A stretch of 64,000 bases of DNA from Candidatus Polarisedimenticolia bacterium (GTDB lineage Bacteria; Acidobacteriota; Polarisedimenticolia; Gp22-AA2; AA152): contig DASYRE010000024.1 in NCBI GenBank assembly GCA_036004685.1, positions 234 to 64,233 on the forward strand, in the 5' to 3' direction. Shown here piece by piece: positions 39,257-48,706 of this stretch. Made by a program: the position numbers and the translations under genes. Position 1 is the stretch's first letter. Every line of letters starts with the position of its first letter. Below the pieces are notes generated by a model. The model was not told the DNA's origin. It searched no databases and saw nothing but the letters and a program-made list of their open reading frames with translations.

Positions 39257-40414
39257 TCAGCGGCTCTCGCCGATCAGCCGGAGATGGCTCAGGACCAGAG
39301 GGTCACGGGTCCCGGTGCCGGCGACCCGTTTCAGCAGCCGCCTGGCCTTTCCGGTCCTGCCGTTCCGGTGCAGCGCCCAGGCGAGGCGATCCATCGTCGG
39401 GACGTCCTCGCGGATCGCCGCTTCGTGACGCGCGATGGCGAGCGCGCGCGGCGGGTCGGGCCTGCGCTCGAGATAGAAAAGGACGAGATCGTGGTTCTCG
39501 TTGTCAGGGAGGTCGCGGTTCGCCAGGGCGATCCCCTCGAACCGTGCCTCCGCGCGCCGCGCCTCCTCCTCCCGTCCCAGGGCCCGCAGGCTGTCAGCCA
39601 GCAGGAGGTAGCGCTCGGCGTAAGGCGCCGCGTCGATCGCCTGCCGGGCCAGGAGCGCGGCCTCGGCGGGTCGCTGGGTCTCCAGGGCGATGGCCGCGAG
39701 CGCCGCGAGCGCGTAGTGATAGCCGGGGAAGAGGCTGAGAGCTTGGCGCAGCCTCTCCTCGGCGCCGGCGAGATCTCCCTGCTCCTGCCAAAGATGCCCG
39801 AGCTGGACCAGGAGCCACGCTCGATCCTCCGTCTCGGAAAGGGGGGTGGACTGCAGCGACATCTCCAGCAGCTCGGCAGCCCCCTCCAGATCGCCGCGCG
39901 CCTCTCTCAGATAAGCGACACGGCAGTAGGACGAGGGGCCGGGACGCAAGTCGACCATGGCCTGATAAGCCTTCTCGGCCCGGCGCGGGCGTCCCAGCTC
40001 CATGAGCGCGTCCCCCATCACGCTGAAGTTCCAGGCGTCATCCGGATGTTTTCGCGCGTAGCGGCGGGTCATCGTGTAGGTCTTCGCAAACTCGTGACGG
40101 CCGAGGGCGACCCAGGCCGAAATCCGCTGGGTGATCGGATTGCCCGGTTCCCGGCTCGAAGCCTCGCTCAGAGCCTCCGACGCCTCGGAGTAAAGGGAGA
40201 CGTCTCCGGTCTCGCGCGCCCGGCGCGTCAACCCGATGGCCAGCGCCTGGTAGGTCTTGACGTCCGGTCTTCCGGACGCGATTCTCGCCCGGGCGGCGCC
40301 GATCTGCGCCTCGGCTGGGCTGGAAACGGCGGGCCGCGCCAGAAGCATGGAGCCGGTCGCGGAAGCCGTGAGAAGAGCGAGCGCGATGATTCTTCGGAAC
40401 GGATGCGGCTGCAT
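39257..40414 (-). CDS. Secreted tetratricopeptide-repeat protein
   Basis: Signal peptide (IIALALLTASATGSMLLA) followed by multiple TPR-like helical pairs. ATG 40414 with GGGAG RBS. Confidence 0.6.
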   Translation of the reverse strand: MQPHPFRRIIALALLTASATGSMLLARPAVSSPAEAQIGAARARIASGRPDVKTYQALAIGLTRRARETGDVSLYSEASEALSEASSREPGNPITQRISAWVALGRHEFAKTYTMTRRYARKHPDDAWNFSVMGDALMELGRPRRAEKAYQAMVDLRPGPSSYCRVAYLREARGDLEGAAELLEMSLQSTPLSETEDRAWLLVQLGHLWQEQGDLAGAEERLRQALSLFPGYHYALAALAAIALETQRPAEAALLARQAIDAAPYAERYLLLADSLRALGREEEARRAEARFEGIALANRDLPDNENHDLVLFYLERRPDPPRALAIARHEAAIREDVPTMDRLAWALHRNGRTGKARRLLKRVAGTGTRDPLVLSHLRLIGESR

Positions 40415-40434
40415 CGAAAACTCCCTCGGTTGAG

Positions 40435-42060
40435 TCAATTCTGGACCGGTCCGCCGCCGGCCTCGCCCGGATCCTTGTGGCGGCGGTTGACGCCGTCATG
40501 CGCGTAGCCGACGTAAGGGAAGCTCGGAAAATAAGCGACGTCGTTGACGTTGACACCGTCCCCAAGGCGACTGTTCGGGAACCGGTTCAGGGAATTCCCG
40601 CCGGCGTCCCGTGAAAGCACGCCGCCCACCGCGACCCGCAACACGATGTCGGTGACGTCGTCGAAGACCCTCCGTCCGTTCGGGAATCCCGCCGGGTCGC
40701 CGCCGAGCACTCCAAGGCGGCTGGCGGTCGCGGACGCGGTCGGGGGAACGCCGACGTTCAGGCGCAGGAGATCCGATACGGGCCCTTCCGGCGTCCCGGG
40801 CGCGGCGATCGGCGGGAGGTACTTCACCAGCGGGAGGAGGTCGGTGCGGGGCGGTGCGGGAATGTCGAACGCGCCGCCGTAGGCGGCCTGGGCGATTCGC
40901 GCGACCAGCGGATCCAGCGCGAAACGCGCAAATTGCGTGTCGTCCTTCGGGAGCGCTCGACTCCATCGGTCCTTCATGTCGGTGCCGATGAGCAGCTCGT
41001 TGAAGAGCGGGTTTCCCATCCGCTGCACCTGCTTGAACGTTCCATGTCCCGCCTCCGGCCTCGAGCTGGATCGAACGGTGACCGCCGGCCGTGACGTGCT
41101 GCCCCAGGTCCCCAGAGTCGCGGCGGCGGTCTCCGGGCTCACCGCGGCCCGCGTGCGGGTCAGCTGCGGGATGGGAACCTCGACGGCGATGGTGTTCACG
41201 TTGTACCCGGAGACGGAATCGGTCACGAAGTTGGCGGCCGCGCGGTCCTGCAGATCGGTCATCACGGCGGGAATCCCCGTCGACCCGTAGCCGCCGTTAC
41301 CCTCCACGTCGGTCCCCGGGAGCACGCGGAAGTTCAGGGAGTCGAACGCGGCGCCGAGATCGATCCAGAAGGCATCGTCCGTCGTGCCCGCGAAGACCTT
41401 CACCCCTCCTTCGAGCTCGTAGATCCCCTGCGCGAAGAGCGCAGGGTAATCGGGCATGGTGCGCGGGCCGACGTTGCTGGGAACGGCATAGAGCCTCCGG
41501 CCGCCGGCGCCGCCCAGCGGAAGGCGCACCGCCGAGCGGCCGCTGCCGAGCACCATGCTGACGGAATAGCTCTGCCGGAGGCCCAGTCCTTCGGATCCGG
41601 GACCGTCCAGGGCGGTGATGGCGGGCGGGATCAAGGCGGTCCCTGGAGCCACCGGCGCGGGGGAGTTCGACGGAGCCGCGATGCCGCCTCCGGCGCCCGC
41701 GAAGCCCACCGGGACGCCGGGAAGCCGCTGCTCGGTCTTGAACCGGAACTCGAAAGAAACGTCCTCGACCGCGTCGTTGTTGTTGTCCACGTGGATCGCG
41801 TAAAGGATGTTGTCGTCGAAGGGAAAGTAATTGGGTCCGTTCGCGGGCTCGAGGAACGGGTCGACGCAGAGGATCAAGGTGACTCTCTTCGCCCCTTCTT
41901 CGGGCTTGTCGTAGCTCACGAAAGCGTAGAAGTCGGTGATATCCGCGGTGCGATCGATGGCGGTCAGGGGCGCTTCCCGGTGGCTGGCGGCCTGCAGTGA
42001 TCCGTGCGCCAGCAGAAGCAGGGTCAGGACGAGGAGGCGGGATCGGGTGGCAAGGGACAT
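40435..42060 (-). CDS. DUF4331-family secreted protein
   Basis: Signal peptide then the SHREAP motif at the mature N-terminus, which I recall as characteristic of DUF4331. Long Gly/Asn/Asp-rich beta-rich body. AGGAGA RBS. Confidence 0.65.
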   Translation of the reverse strand: MSLATRSRLLVLTLLLLAHGSLQAASHREAPLTAIDRTADITDFYAFVSYDKPEEGAKRVTLILCVDPFLEPANGPNYFPFDDNILYAIHVDNNNDAVEDVSFEFRFKTEQRLPGVPVGFAGAGGGIAAPSNSPAPVAPGTALIPPAITALDGPGSEGLGLRQSYSVSMVLGSGRSAVRLPLGGAGGRRLYAVPSNVGPRTMPDYPALFAQGIYELEGGVKVFAGTTDDAFWIDLGAAFDSLNFRVLPGTDVEGNGGYGSTGIPAVMTDLQDRAAANFVTDSVSGYNVNTIAVEVPIPQLTRTRAAVSPETAAATLGTWGSTSRPAVTVRSSSRPEAGHGTFKQVQRMGNPLFNELLIGTDMKDRWSRALPKDDTQFARFALDPLVARIAQAAYGGAFDIPAPPRTDLLPLVKYLPPIAAPGTPEGPVSDLLRLNVGVPPTASATASRLGVLGGDPAGFPNGRRVFDDVTDIVLRVAVGGVLSRDAGGNSLNRFPNSRLGDGVNVNDVAYFPSFPYVGYAHDGVNRRHKDPGEAGGGPVQN

Positions 42061-42217
42061 TCCATTCTCCTATTCAAACGGGCGGATGCGGCTTTCGGTC
42101 CGGTGGCTCGGTGAACTCGTCCGTCTATACGCTCGCCACCGATCGGATGGATTGCATCGTTCGGCGTGATGCCGATAAAATCGCCTGCCGGCCTTCGCAC
42201 CCATCCAAAAGGGGCCG

Positions 42218-42850
42218 ATGGGGCGTATATCCTCTTCAGGACCTTCCAAGGTGGAGCCCGCCCTGAGCATCGCGCCTTCCTCCCTTCCATCCGACGAGGC
42301 CCTCGTGATCCGCATGGCGGAAAAGGACCAGGAAGCTCTTTCGATCCTCTATGAGCGCTACCGAAGGGTCGTCTTCGGCCTTTCTGTGGGAATCCTGAGG
42401 GATCGAACCGACGCCGAGGAGGTCGTCGCCGACGTCTTCTTCCAGGCGTGGCGCGGAGCGGGCGGATACGATCGCCTGCGGGGATCGGTGTCCAGCTGGC
42501 TCGTCATGCTCTGCCGGAGCCGCTCGATCGACCGGCTGCGGGCGCGCGGCAGGCGCGAGAGCGGCCGGGAGAGGCTGCAGGTGCAGGGCACGGAGGGGAC
42601 CCCGGCGGAACGGCGCGAAGCGGGGGCGGAGGAGCTGATGGAGATGCAGCTCAAGAAGAAGCGCATCACCGACGCGCTCGGGGCGCTTCCGCTCGAGCAG
42701 CGCCGCGCCCTCGAGCTCGCCTTCTACGGAGGGCTGAGCCATTCGGAGGTGGCCGTCGAGCTGGGTGAGCCGCTCGGAACGATCAAGAGCAGGATCCGCC
42801 AGGCCCTCTCCCATCTCCGGGAAGGACTGGAGAAGGAGACAAAGGCATGA
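42218..42850 (+). CDS. ECF-type RNA polymerase sigma-70 factor
   Basis: Region 2 (LYERYRRVVFGLSVGILRDRTDAEEVVADVFFQAWRGAG) and region 4 HTH (ALELAFYGGLSHSEVAVELGEPLGTIKSRIRQAL). The true start is probably internal (GTG 42251 or the MAEKD ATG). Confidence 0.75.
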   Translation: MGRISSSGPSKVEPALSIAPSSLPSDEALVIRMAEKDQEALSILYERYRRVVFGLSVGILRDRTDAEEVVADVFFQAWRGAGGYDRLRGSVSSWLVMLCRSRSIDRLRARGRRESGRERLQVQGTEGTPAERREAGAEELMEMQLKKKRITDALGALPLEQRRALELAFYGGLSHSEVAVELGEPLGTIKSRIRQALSHLREGLEKETKA

Positions 42851-43662
42851 ATCTCGAAGGGCGCGGCGCAGAGATCATGGACTGCAAGGCGGTCCAGGAG
42901 CGGCTCGCGCTGGATGCCCTGGATCTCCTGGAATCGGACGCGGAGCGGCGGGCGCTTCGCCAGCATCTGGAGAGCGGTTGCCCCGCCTGTTCCGCCGAGC
43001 AGGCGGCCGTGCGAGAGACCCTCGGGCTGCTGCCCTATGCCCGGACGCCCGAGGAGCCTTCGCCCATGGTCAAGGCACGTCTCGTGGCGGCTGTCCGGCG
43101 TGACGCCGCGAATTCGGCCGCCGAGCCCAGAGGCTTCGGAAGATCTCGCCTCTGGGCCGTGGGGATCGCCGCAGGGGTGATCGTCGCGGTGCTGACCGGC
43201 GTGCTGGTGAGCCGCCGCGAGCGCGTCCTGGTGGCGGATCTGCATAGCCGGCTGCGCGCCCAGGAGCGGGAGCTGGCGTTACTGAAACAGCAGATGATTC
43301 GGGCCCGAGACACGCTGCAGCTCGTCAGCTCGCCCGGGGTGAGCGTGATCGACCTGGAGGGACAGGCCGACCGTTCTGAATCGCGGGCGAGAGTCTTCTG
43401 GGATCGCCGCCGGCAAACCTGGCAGATCTTCGCGGGCGGCCTGCCGCCTCCCGCGAAGGGAAGAAGCTATCAGCTGTGGATGGTGACCGCTACGGCCAAA
43501 ATCAACGCCGGTGTCTTCGATCCCGCCGCGACGGCGGAGGCCTCCGGCACGGTCGCCATCCCTCGGGACGCGGGCGCGGTCGTGGCCGCGGCCGTCACCG
43601 AAGAGCCCGAAGGAGGCTCGCCTCAGCCGACCGGCGCGATCCTCCTCCTCGGGAAGATCTGA
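42847..43662 (+). CDS. Anti-sigma factor (zinc-finger N-domain, single TM, RskA-like C-terminal domain)
   Basis: N-terminal Cys pair (ESGCPACSAEQ), one TM helix, and the periplasmic block YQLWMV. ATGA overlap with the sigma gene stop. Confidence 0.65.
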   Translation: MNLEGRGAEIMDCKAVQERLALDALDLLESDAERRALRQHLESGCPACSAEQAAVRETLGLLPYARTPEEPSPMVKARLVAAVRRDAANSAAEPRGFGRSRLWAVGIAAGVIVAVLTGVLVSRRERVLVADLHSRLRAQERELALLKQQMIRARDTLQLVSSPGVSVIDLEGQADRSESRARVFWDRRRQTWQIFAGGLPPPAKGRSYQLWMVTATAKINAGVFDPAATAEASGTVAIPRDAGAVVAAAVTEEPEGGSPQPTGAILLLGKI

Positions 43663-43739
43663 GCGACGGCGCCCAAGATTCCCCGTCCGCGTGTCCCCCC
43701 GGGCCCTCCGAGCCCCGGTTCCGGGCTCCTCGCAAGGAC

Positions 43740-44153
43740 CTAGAGCTGGCTCGTGCAGTAGCGGCATCGCTTCGCCACCGCCGGCACTCTCTCCGCGCAC
43801 TGGGGACAATCCTTCATGTCGGGACCCGGCGGGGCGGGCTTCATGGCGATCTTCGTGATCACGAAGACGCACAGGGCGATGATCAAGAAGTCGACGATGG
43901 TGTTCAAGAACAGGCCGAGGTTCAGGGTCGGGGCGCCTGCCTTCTGAGCGTCGGCGAGGGTGTCGTAATGAGTCGACCCGAGATTGACGAAGAAGTTGGA
44001 GAAGTCGACCCGCCCGATCAGAAGTCCCAAGGGAGGCATGAGGATGTCCTTGACGAGCGAGCTGACCACTTTCCCCACCGCCCCGCCGATGATCACCCCA
44101 ATCGCGAGGGCCAGAGCGTTGGTTTGGAGCAGGAAGTCTCTGAAGCCTTTCAT
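43740..44153 (-). CDS. mscL: Large-conductance mechanosensitive channel MscL with C-terminal Cys4 zinc-ribbon extension
   Basis: Near-identical to the E. coli MscL core (AIGVIIGGAVGKVVSSLVKDILMPPLGLLIG..DF), then an extra tail (DCPQCAERVPAVAKRCRYC). AGGAGG RBS 5 nt before ATG 44153. Confidence 0.85.
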   Translation of the reverse strand: MKGFRDFLLQTNALALAIGVIIGGAVGKVVSSLVKDILMPPLGLLIGRVDFSNFFVNLGSTHYDTLADAQKAGAPTLNLGLFLNTIVDFLIIALCVFVITKIAMKPAPPGPDMKDCPQCAERVPAVAKRCRYCTSQL

Positions 44154-44498
44154 GGAGCTCCTCCTTGGAAGCATGGCGGCGCGGCGCCAGGGCAGCGGCG
44201 CTTCGGGGGAATGAGGTGGCGAGAAGGCCAGAAGTCGGTCATGGAAGCAACGTCCTCCTGTGCGAAGGGGTCCCGCTCGGCGACGTTGGCGCGGATTATG
44301 GGGCAGGACTCCCAGGCCGGGCAACCGGCCCCTCGATGTGCGGGACTTTTCACCGGGTCGAGCTCCGGCTAGTACCAGACGGAAGAAGCGGATAGAATAA
44401 GGCCCTCCGAAAGGAGGCTCCGGAACCTGATCGCGCGGGACATCGTAAAGGTCCATGGGCAGAGCGATAACGGGGCCATCGCGCCGGAGCCGGATTCG

Positions 44499-45872
44499 AT
44501 GATCGGGAAGACCCTCAATAACTACAGGGTGGAAGAGCTTCTCGGCAAGGGGGGCATGGGCGAGGTCTATCGTGCCGTGGACACCCGCCTGGGACGGCCC
44601 GTGGCGCTCAAGATCCTCCGGCCCGATCTGGTGGGAGACGCTGAGCGACGCCGGCGGTTCCTGCAGGAAGCGCGGGCCGCCTCCACCGTCAACCATCCCG
44701 CCATCGCCCAAATCTACGAAATCGGCGAGTCGGACGACACGACCTTCATCACTATGGAGTACGTCGACGGGTCCACGATCCGGCAGCTCGTCTCCCGCCG
44801 GGAGCTCGACCTCCCCGCCGCCGTCGAGGTGGGGATCCAGGTGGGTGACGGGCTGGCGCGGGCGCACGAGGCGGGAATCATCCACCGCGACATCAAGTCG
44901 GACAACGTCATGGTGACCAAGGACGGGCATCCGAAAATCCTCGATTTCGGGCTCGCGAAGCTCTTGGACTCGGGCGAAGGGGAGGCGGGGTCGAGCCGCA
45001 TGGAAACGCTGACCCGCACGCATGCCGGGATGATCCTGGGAACGATCACTTACATGAGCCCGGAACAAGCCCGCGGTCTGCCGGCCGATCGCCGATCGGA
45101 CGTCTTCTCGTACGGGATCCTCTTGTACGAAATGACGGCCGGAAAGGTCCCGTTCCAAGGGGCCAGCGCGCTGGACACTCTGCACGCCATCGCCTACGAG
45201 CCGACCCAGCCCGTCACGACGATCCGGACGAACGTCCCCTATTCCCTGCAGAAAGTCATCGACCGATGCATGCAGAAAAAGCCCGAAGAGCGCTACCAGG
45301 ACCTTCGGGACGCGGTGACCGAGCTGAAGAAGGTGAAGCGCGAGATCGAGTCCGGTGCTTCCGGGGGAGTGCCCGTCCTGGATCGTTTCCGCGGGATGTT
45401 CGGCAATCTGACGTCGCGCGGCCTGCTCTGGGCGACTATCGTGGGAGCGGTCCTCGGGGCCCTGCTGATCTCCCTCGTGACCGGAAGCGAGCGCGGCAAC
45501 GTCGGGCCGCTTATCGTCGTCCTGCTCGTGGGAGTCTTTCTCTTCCGGCGGTTCCGCAACCGCGGCCAGAGGGAGATGCGGCGTTTCGTGAAGAAGGCCT
45601 CGGCCCTCAAGGAAGTCCAGACCATCCTCTTCCACCGGGGACAGTTCACCGTGGCCGCCGAGAATCCCACCGCCCGCACCTACCTGAAGCTGAATGCGCT
45701 GCTCACCGCGGCGAACGAGCGCCTCTATCATGGGGAGCCGATGACGCTGGTCGTCCGGGAAGGGCTGGACGAGGCGGAATCGCGCAGCCTCCTGTCGATG
45801 CCCGGCGTCCAGTTCGTCCGGGAGGGCCGCAGAAAGGCGGCGCGCCTCAGCTCTGCCGGAAGCGGTTCTTAG
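44499..45872 (+). CDS. Hanks-type Ser/Thr protein kinase with C-terminal TM and small domain
   Basis: GKGGMGEVY, VALK, HRDIKSDNVMV, DFG and SPEQ subdomains; TM (LLWATIVGAVLGALLISLV). Confidence 0.8.
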   Translation: MIGKTLNNYRVEELLGKGGMGEVYRAVDTRLGRPVALKILRPDLVGDAERRRRFLQEARAASTVNHPAIAQIYEIGESDDTTFITMEYVDGSTIRQLVSRRELDLPAAVEVGIQVGDGLARAHEAGIIHRDIKSDNVMVTKDGHPKILDFGLAKLLDSGEGEAGSSRMETLTRTHAGMILGTITYMSPEQARGLPADRRSDVFSYGILLYEMTAGKVPFQGASALDTLHAIAYEPTQPVTTIRTNVPYSLQKVIDRCMQKKPEERYQDLRDAVTELKKVKREIESGASGGVPVLDRFRGMFGNLTSRGLLWATIVGAVLGALLISLVTGSERGNVGPLIVVLLVGVFLFRRFRNRGQREMRRFVKKASALKEVQTILFHRGQFTVAAENPTARTYLKLNALLTAANERLYHGEPMTLVVREGLDEAESRSLLSMPGVQFVREGRRKAARLSSAGSGS

Positions 45873-45932
45873 CCGTGTTCTTCAAGGCTCGGGACGTCGC
45901 GATCGATGATTTCCCGGGGTGAAGGAGTCGAG

Positions 45933-46388
45933 ATGAACCTCAGCAGCCCGTCATTCAAGCCGAATGCGAACATCCCCTCCGTCCACACTTGTGACGGGGA
46001 AGACGTGTCGCCCGCGCTCGACTGGACCGATCCCCCGGCGGCGACGAAGAGCTTCGCGCTGATCTCGGACGACCCCGATGCGCCGTCCGGAAGCTGGGTC
46101 CACTGGGTGATCTGGAACATCCCGGCGGAGGTCCGCGGGCTGCCGGAAAACCTGCCGAAAAAGGGGGCATTGTCCGACGGAACGCGCCAGGGCGCGAACG
46201 ATTTCGGGAGGATCGGCTACGGCGGTCCCTGCCCTCCGTCCGGGACGCACCGCTACACCTTCCGCCTCTACGCTCTCGACGTGGCTTTGGAGCTTCCGGA
46301 AGGCGCCCGGAAGGCGCATCTCGAACGGGCGATGAAGGCGCATGTCCTTTCCGAAGCCGAGCTGATGGGGAAGTACCACCGGAGCTGA
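45933..46388 (+). CDS. YbhB/YbcL-family (PEBP/Raf-kinase-inhibitor-like) protein
   Basis: PEBP motifs (DPDAP; GSWVHWVIWNIP; HRYTFRLYALD). GAAGGAG RBS before ATG 45933. Confidence 0.75.
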   Translation: MNLSSPSFKPNANIPSVHTCDGEDVSPALDWTDPPAATKSFALISDDPDAPSGSWVHWVIWNIPAEVRGLPENLPKKGALSDGTRQGANDFGRIGYGGPCPPSGTHRYTFRLYALDVALELPEGARKAHLERAMKAHVLSEAELMGKYHRS

Positions 46389-46415
46389 CCGGCGATCTTT
46401 CCGGGGAGTTCAAGC

Positions 46416-47186
46416 GTGGCGGCCCCGGCAGGGGATCCCTTCGAGTCATGGTTCTCGGCGGTCGAGGCGCGCCATCTGGAGCGCCTCACGTTCCCCGAGG
46501 TCCGGCGCGGGCTGCAGGCTCTGTCTTCTCTCTACGTGCAGCGCCGAGGCCGGCTCACGGCGGGCGCGGCGCTCGACGGCGCGGGAAAGCGAGCGGCGTT
46601 CGCCCTCTTCTACGCCCCCCTCCATTTTCTTCTCGTCCGGCAGATCGTGAGATCCCTCGGCGCGGGGGGACGCCCCGGCACGATTCTCGATCTCGGATCG
46701 GGCACCGGAGCGGCCGGGGCCGCATGGGCCCTGGAATGCGACCCGCATCCGCGTCTCCTGGCCATCGATCGAAACCCCTGGGCGGTGAGCGAGGCGCGCT
46801 GGAACCTCCGGCGCCTGGGCCTGGAGGGAGAGGCGCGCCGGGCCGACTTGAACCTCCTCCATTTCCGCGGGCGGGACGAGGCGATTCTCGCGGCGTTCAC
46901 CTTGAACGAGATCCAGCCGGAGGAGCGCGAAGCGCTGCGGCCGAAGATGCTCGCGGCGGCGCGGCAGGGAAGCGACCTGCTGATCATCGAGCCGATCGCG
47001 CGCGACGTGACGCCATGGTGGGAGGACTGGTCGGCAGCCGTCCGGGAGCAGGGAGGAAGAAACGACGAATGGCGTTTCAGGCTTCCTCTCCCGGAACGTC
47101 TCCGGCTGCTGGATCGCGCCGCCAAGATGGATCATTCGGAGCTTACGGGACGAAGCCTCTGGATGCGGGGTCGAGTGAAAGCATAG
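46416..47186 (+). CDS. Putative SAM-dependent methyltransferase (Rsm22-like)
   Basis: Motif I (ILDLGSGTGAAGAAWAL) and overall class-I methyltransferase spacing. GTG start. Confidence 0.5.
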   Translation: MAAPAGDPFESWFSAVEARHLERLTFPEVRRGLQALSSLYVQRRGRLTAGAALDGAGKRAAFALFYAPLHFLLVRQIVRSLGAGGRPGTILDLGSGTGAAGAAWALECDPHPRLLAIDRNPWAVSEARWNLRRLGLEGEARRADLNLLHFRGRDEAILAAFTLNEIQPEEREALRPKMLAAARQGSDLLIIEPIARDVTPWWEDWSAAVREQGGRNDEWRFRLPLPERLRLLDRAAKMDHSELTGRSLWMRGRVKA

Positions 47187-47477
47187 CTCGTTGTGGAAAT
47201 GTCCTTTCATGATGACGCTAGCTCCGCTTCCCACCCTCGCGCAAAAACATGAATCGCCTGTCAAGAGTTTCTCTTAAGTCTCTTCCTGCAGCCAGTTAGA
47301 CCTTCGAATCCGGCACTGGCATCGTGATTGCTCTATGGGGATGCGAGTCGATTGGAGACCACCCCCTTGAGGCTCTGCGAATGAGCAAGAGAAAGGAGGT
47401 GCCCCATTGAGCAGAGAAGGAAGGTCCGCGACTCTCGCGATGATGGAAGGTGCCGCTTTTCACCTAAGGAGGTGCTT

Positions 47478-48236
47478 GTGACGAGAAAATGGCTTCAAAG
47501 AACGGTGATGGTCGCCGCTCTTTCAGCTTTGGCTTTACTCCCGGCAAGTGCCGCGACGTCGTTCGAGTTCCTTTTCAGCAGCGGCTCCGTGAGGAACGAC
47601 AACCAGTATTTCGGCCATCTGGCAGTGAACGATTACGGCTACAGCCGGCGGACGATCGAGCCGCTGCTTCCGCGGATCCGATACATCGAGGCCGATCTGC
47701 CGACGATTCTCTTCCTGGCGCACGAGTCGGGGCGATCTCCGAGTTTCATCGTCAACCTGCGCTCGCGCGGCATGGGCTGGATGGACATCTCCCGGCGCTG
47801 CGGAGTATCGGTGGACGTGCTGTTCAGCGGTTTTGATCGGGACCCAGGCCCTCCCTATGGACGTGCCTGGGGCCACTGGCGGCATCGATCAGGATTCCGC
47901 TTGAGCGACCGCGATTTCCAGGATCTGGTCCAGATCCAGCTCGGCTCCCGCTGGACAGGATACCGGCCGTACCAGGTGATTCAGTATCGGCGTCAGGGAC
48001 GGTCGGTGCCCGTCCTAGTAGCCGAGCGCCGAGGAAGGCCGTACGGCGATCATTGGAACGATCGTGACCGTCGTGACCGCCAGGGTCGCTACGATCGCGA
48101 TGACCGCTACGATCGCAGCGATCGGAGAGGAAGAGACCGCGATCGCAACGACGACGATTGGGACCGACGTCATCGCCGGGATCGGGACGATGACGACTAT
48201 GGGGACCGTGACCGCGATGACGACAACCGCAGGTAA
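47478..48236 (+). CDS. Secreted protein of unknown function with C-terminal Asp/Arg-repeat (DR/RD) tail
   Basis: Signal peptide (VMVAALSALALLPASAATS), a roughly 170 aa globular region, then about 60 aa of RDRRDRQGRYDRDDRYDRSDRRGRDRDRNDDDWDRRHRRDRDDDDYGDRDRDDDNRR. AAGGAGG RBS 10 nt before GTG 47478; TTG 47472 is the alternative start. Confidence 0.5.
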   Translation: MTRKWLQRTVMVAALSALALLPASAATSFEFLFSSGSVRNDNQYFGHLAVNDYGYSRRTIEPLLPRIRYIEADLPTILFLAHESGRSPSFIVNLRSRGMGWMDISRRCGVSVDVLFSGFDRDPGPPYGRAWGHWRHRSGFRLSDRDFQDLVQIQLGSRWTGYRPYQVIQYRRQGRSVPVLVAERRGRPYGDHWNDRDRRDRQGRYDRDDRYDRSDRRGRDRDRNDDDWDRRHRRDRDDDDYGDRDRDDDNRR

Positions 48237-48383
48237 CACGGTACCGAAGGAGACAGGGACCACGCGATGACGACCGCGAGAACGGTCGAACCCGTGATGA
48301 CGGGAAGGCGCTGAGGGCTAGGAAGGGATTCCTAGAAGGAGAAAGCGCCTTCGGATCACGGAATGCCAATCGAGGTCCCGAAG

Positions 48384-48416
48384 ATCGGCCCCCGCAAGGG
48401 GGCCGATTCATTTTTT
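48384..48416 (+). terminator. Rho-independent terminator: 10-bp GC-rich stem ATCGGCCCCC / GGGGGCCGAT, GCAA tetraloop, then TCATTTTTT
   Basis: Seen directly. Lies 150 nt downstream of the DR-tail gene and 290 nt upstream of the Mrp gene. Confidence 0.6.
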
Positions 48417-48706
48417 CGTTCATCCCCGCAAACTGCCCGGGATGACAATTCCTGATGGACGTTCCCCCCTTCTCAGACCGGCCCCTCGACAGGGGCCGGT
48501 CCTCGCTGCTGCCCTTCCACCCAGCGCCCGCAACCCAACAGCGTGCCGGACGCTCCCTCCTGATCCTCGATGCGGCGGCTCCTGGCGCGGACCAGCGCTG
48601 GTCGCCCGAGGTTGACTTTCCATCCCGCGACTGGTCTACTGGCGCCTCTTGCTCCGAACCAGCGGGAATTGCCCGGACCGACCCCTGGTCCAGATCGAAG
48701 GTGTCG

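Noticed and set aside
48267-48314. 16-codon mini-ORF (MTTARTVEPVMTGRR) between the DR-tail gene and the terminator
   Set aside because: It is too short to support, with only a weak GGAGA upstream. It is noted only because it lies in the 3'UTR-like stretch.
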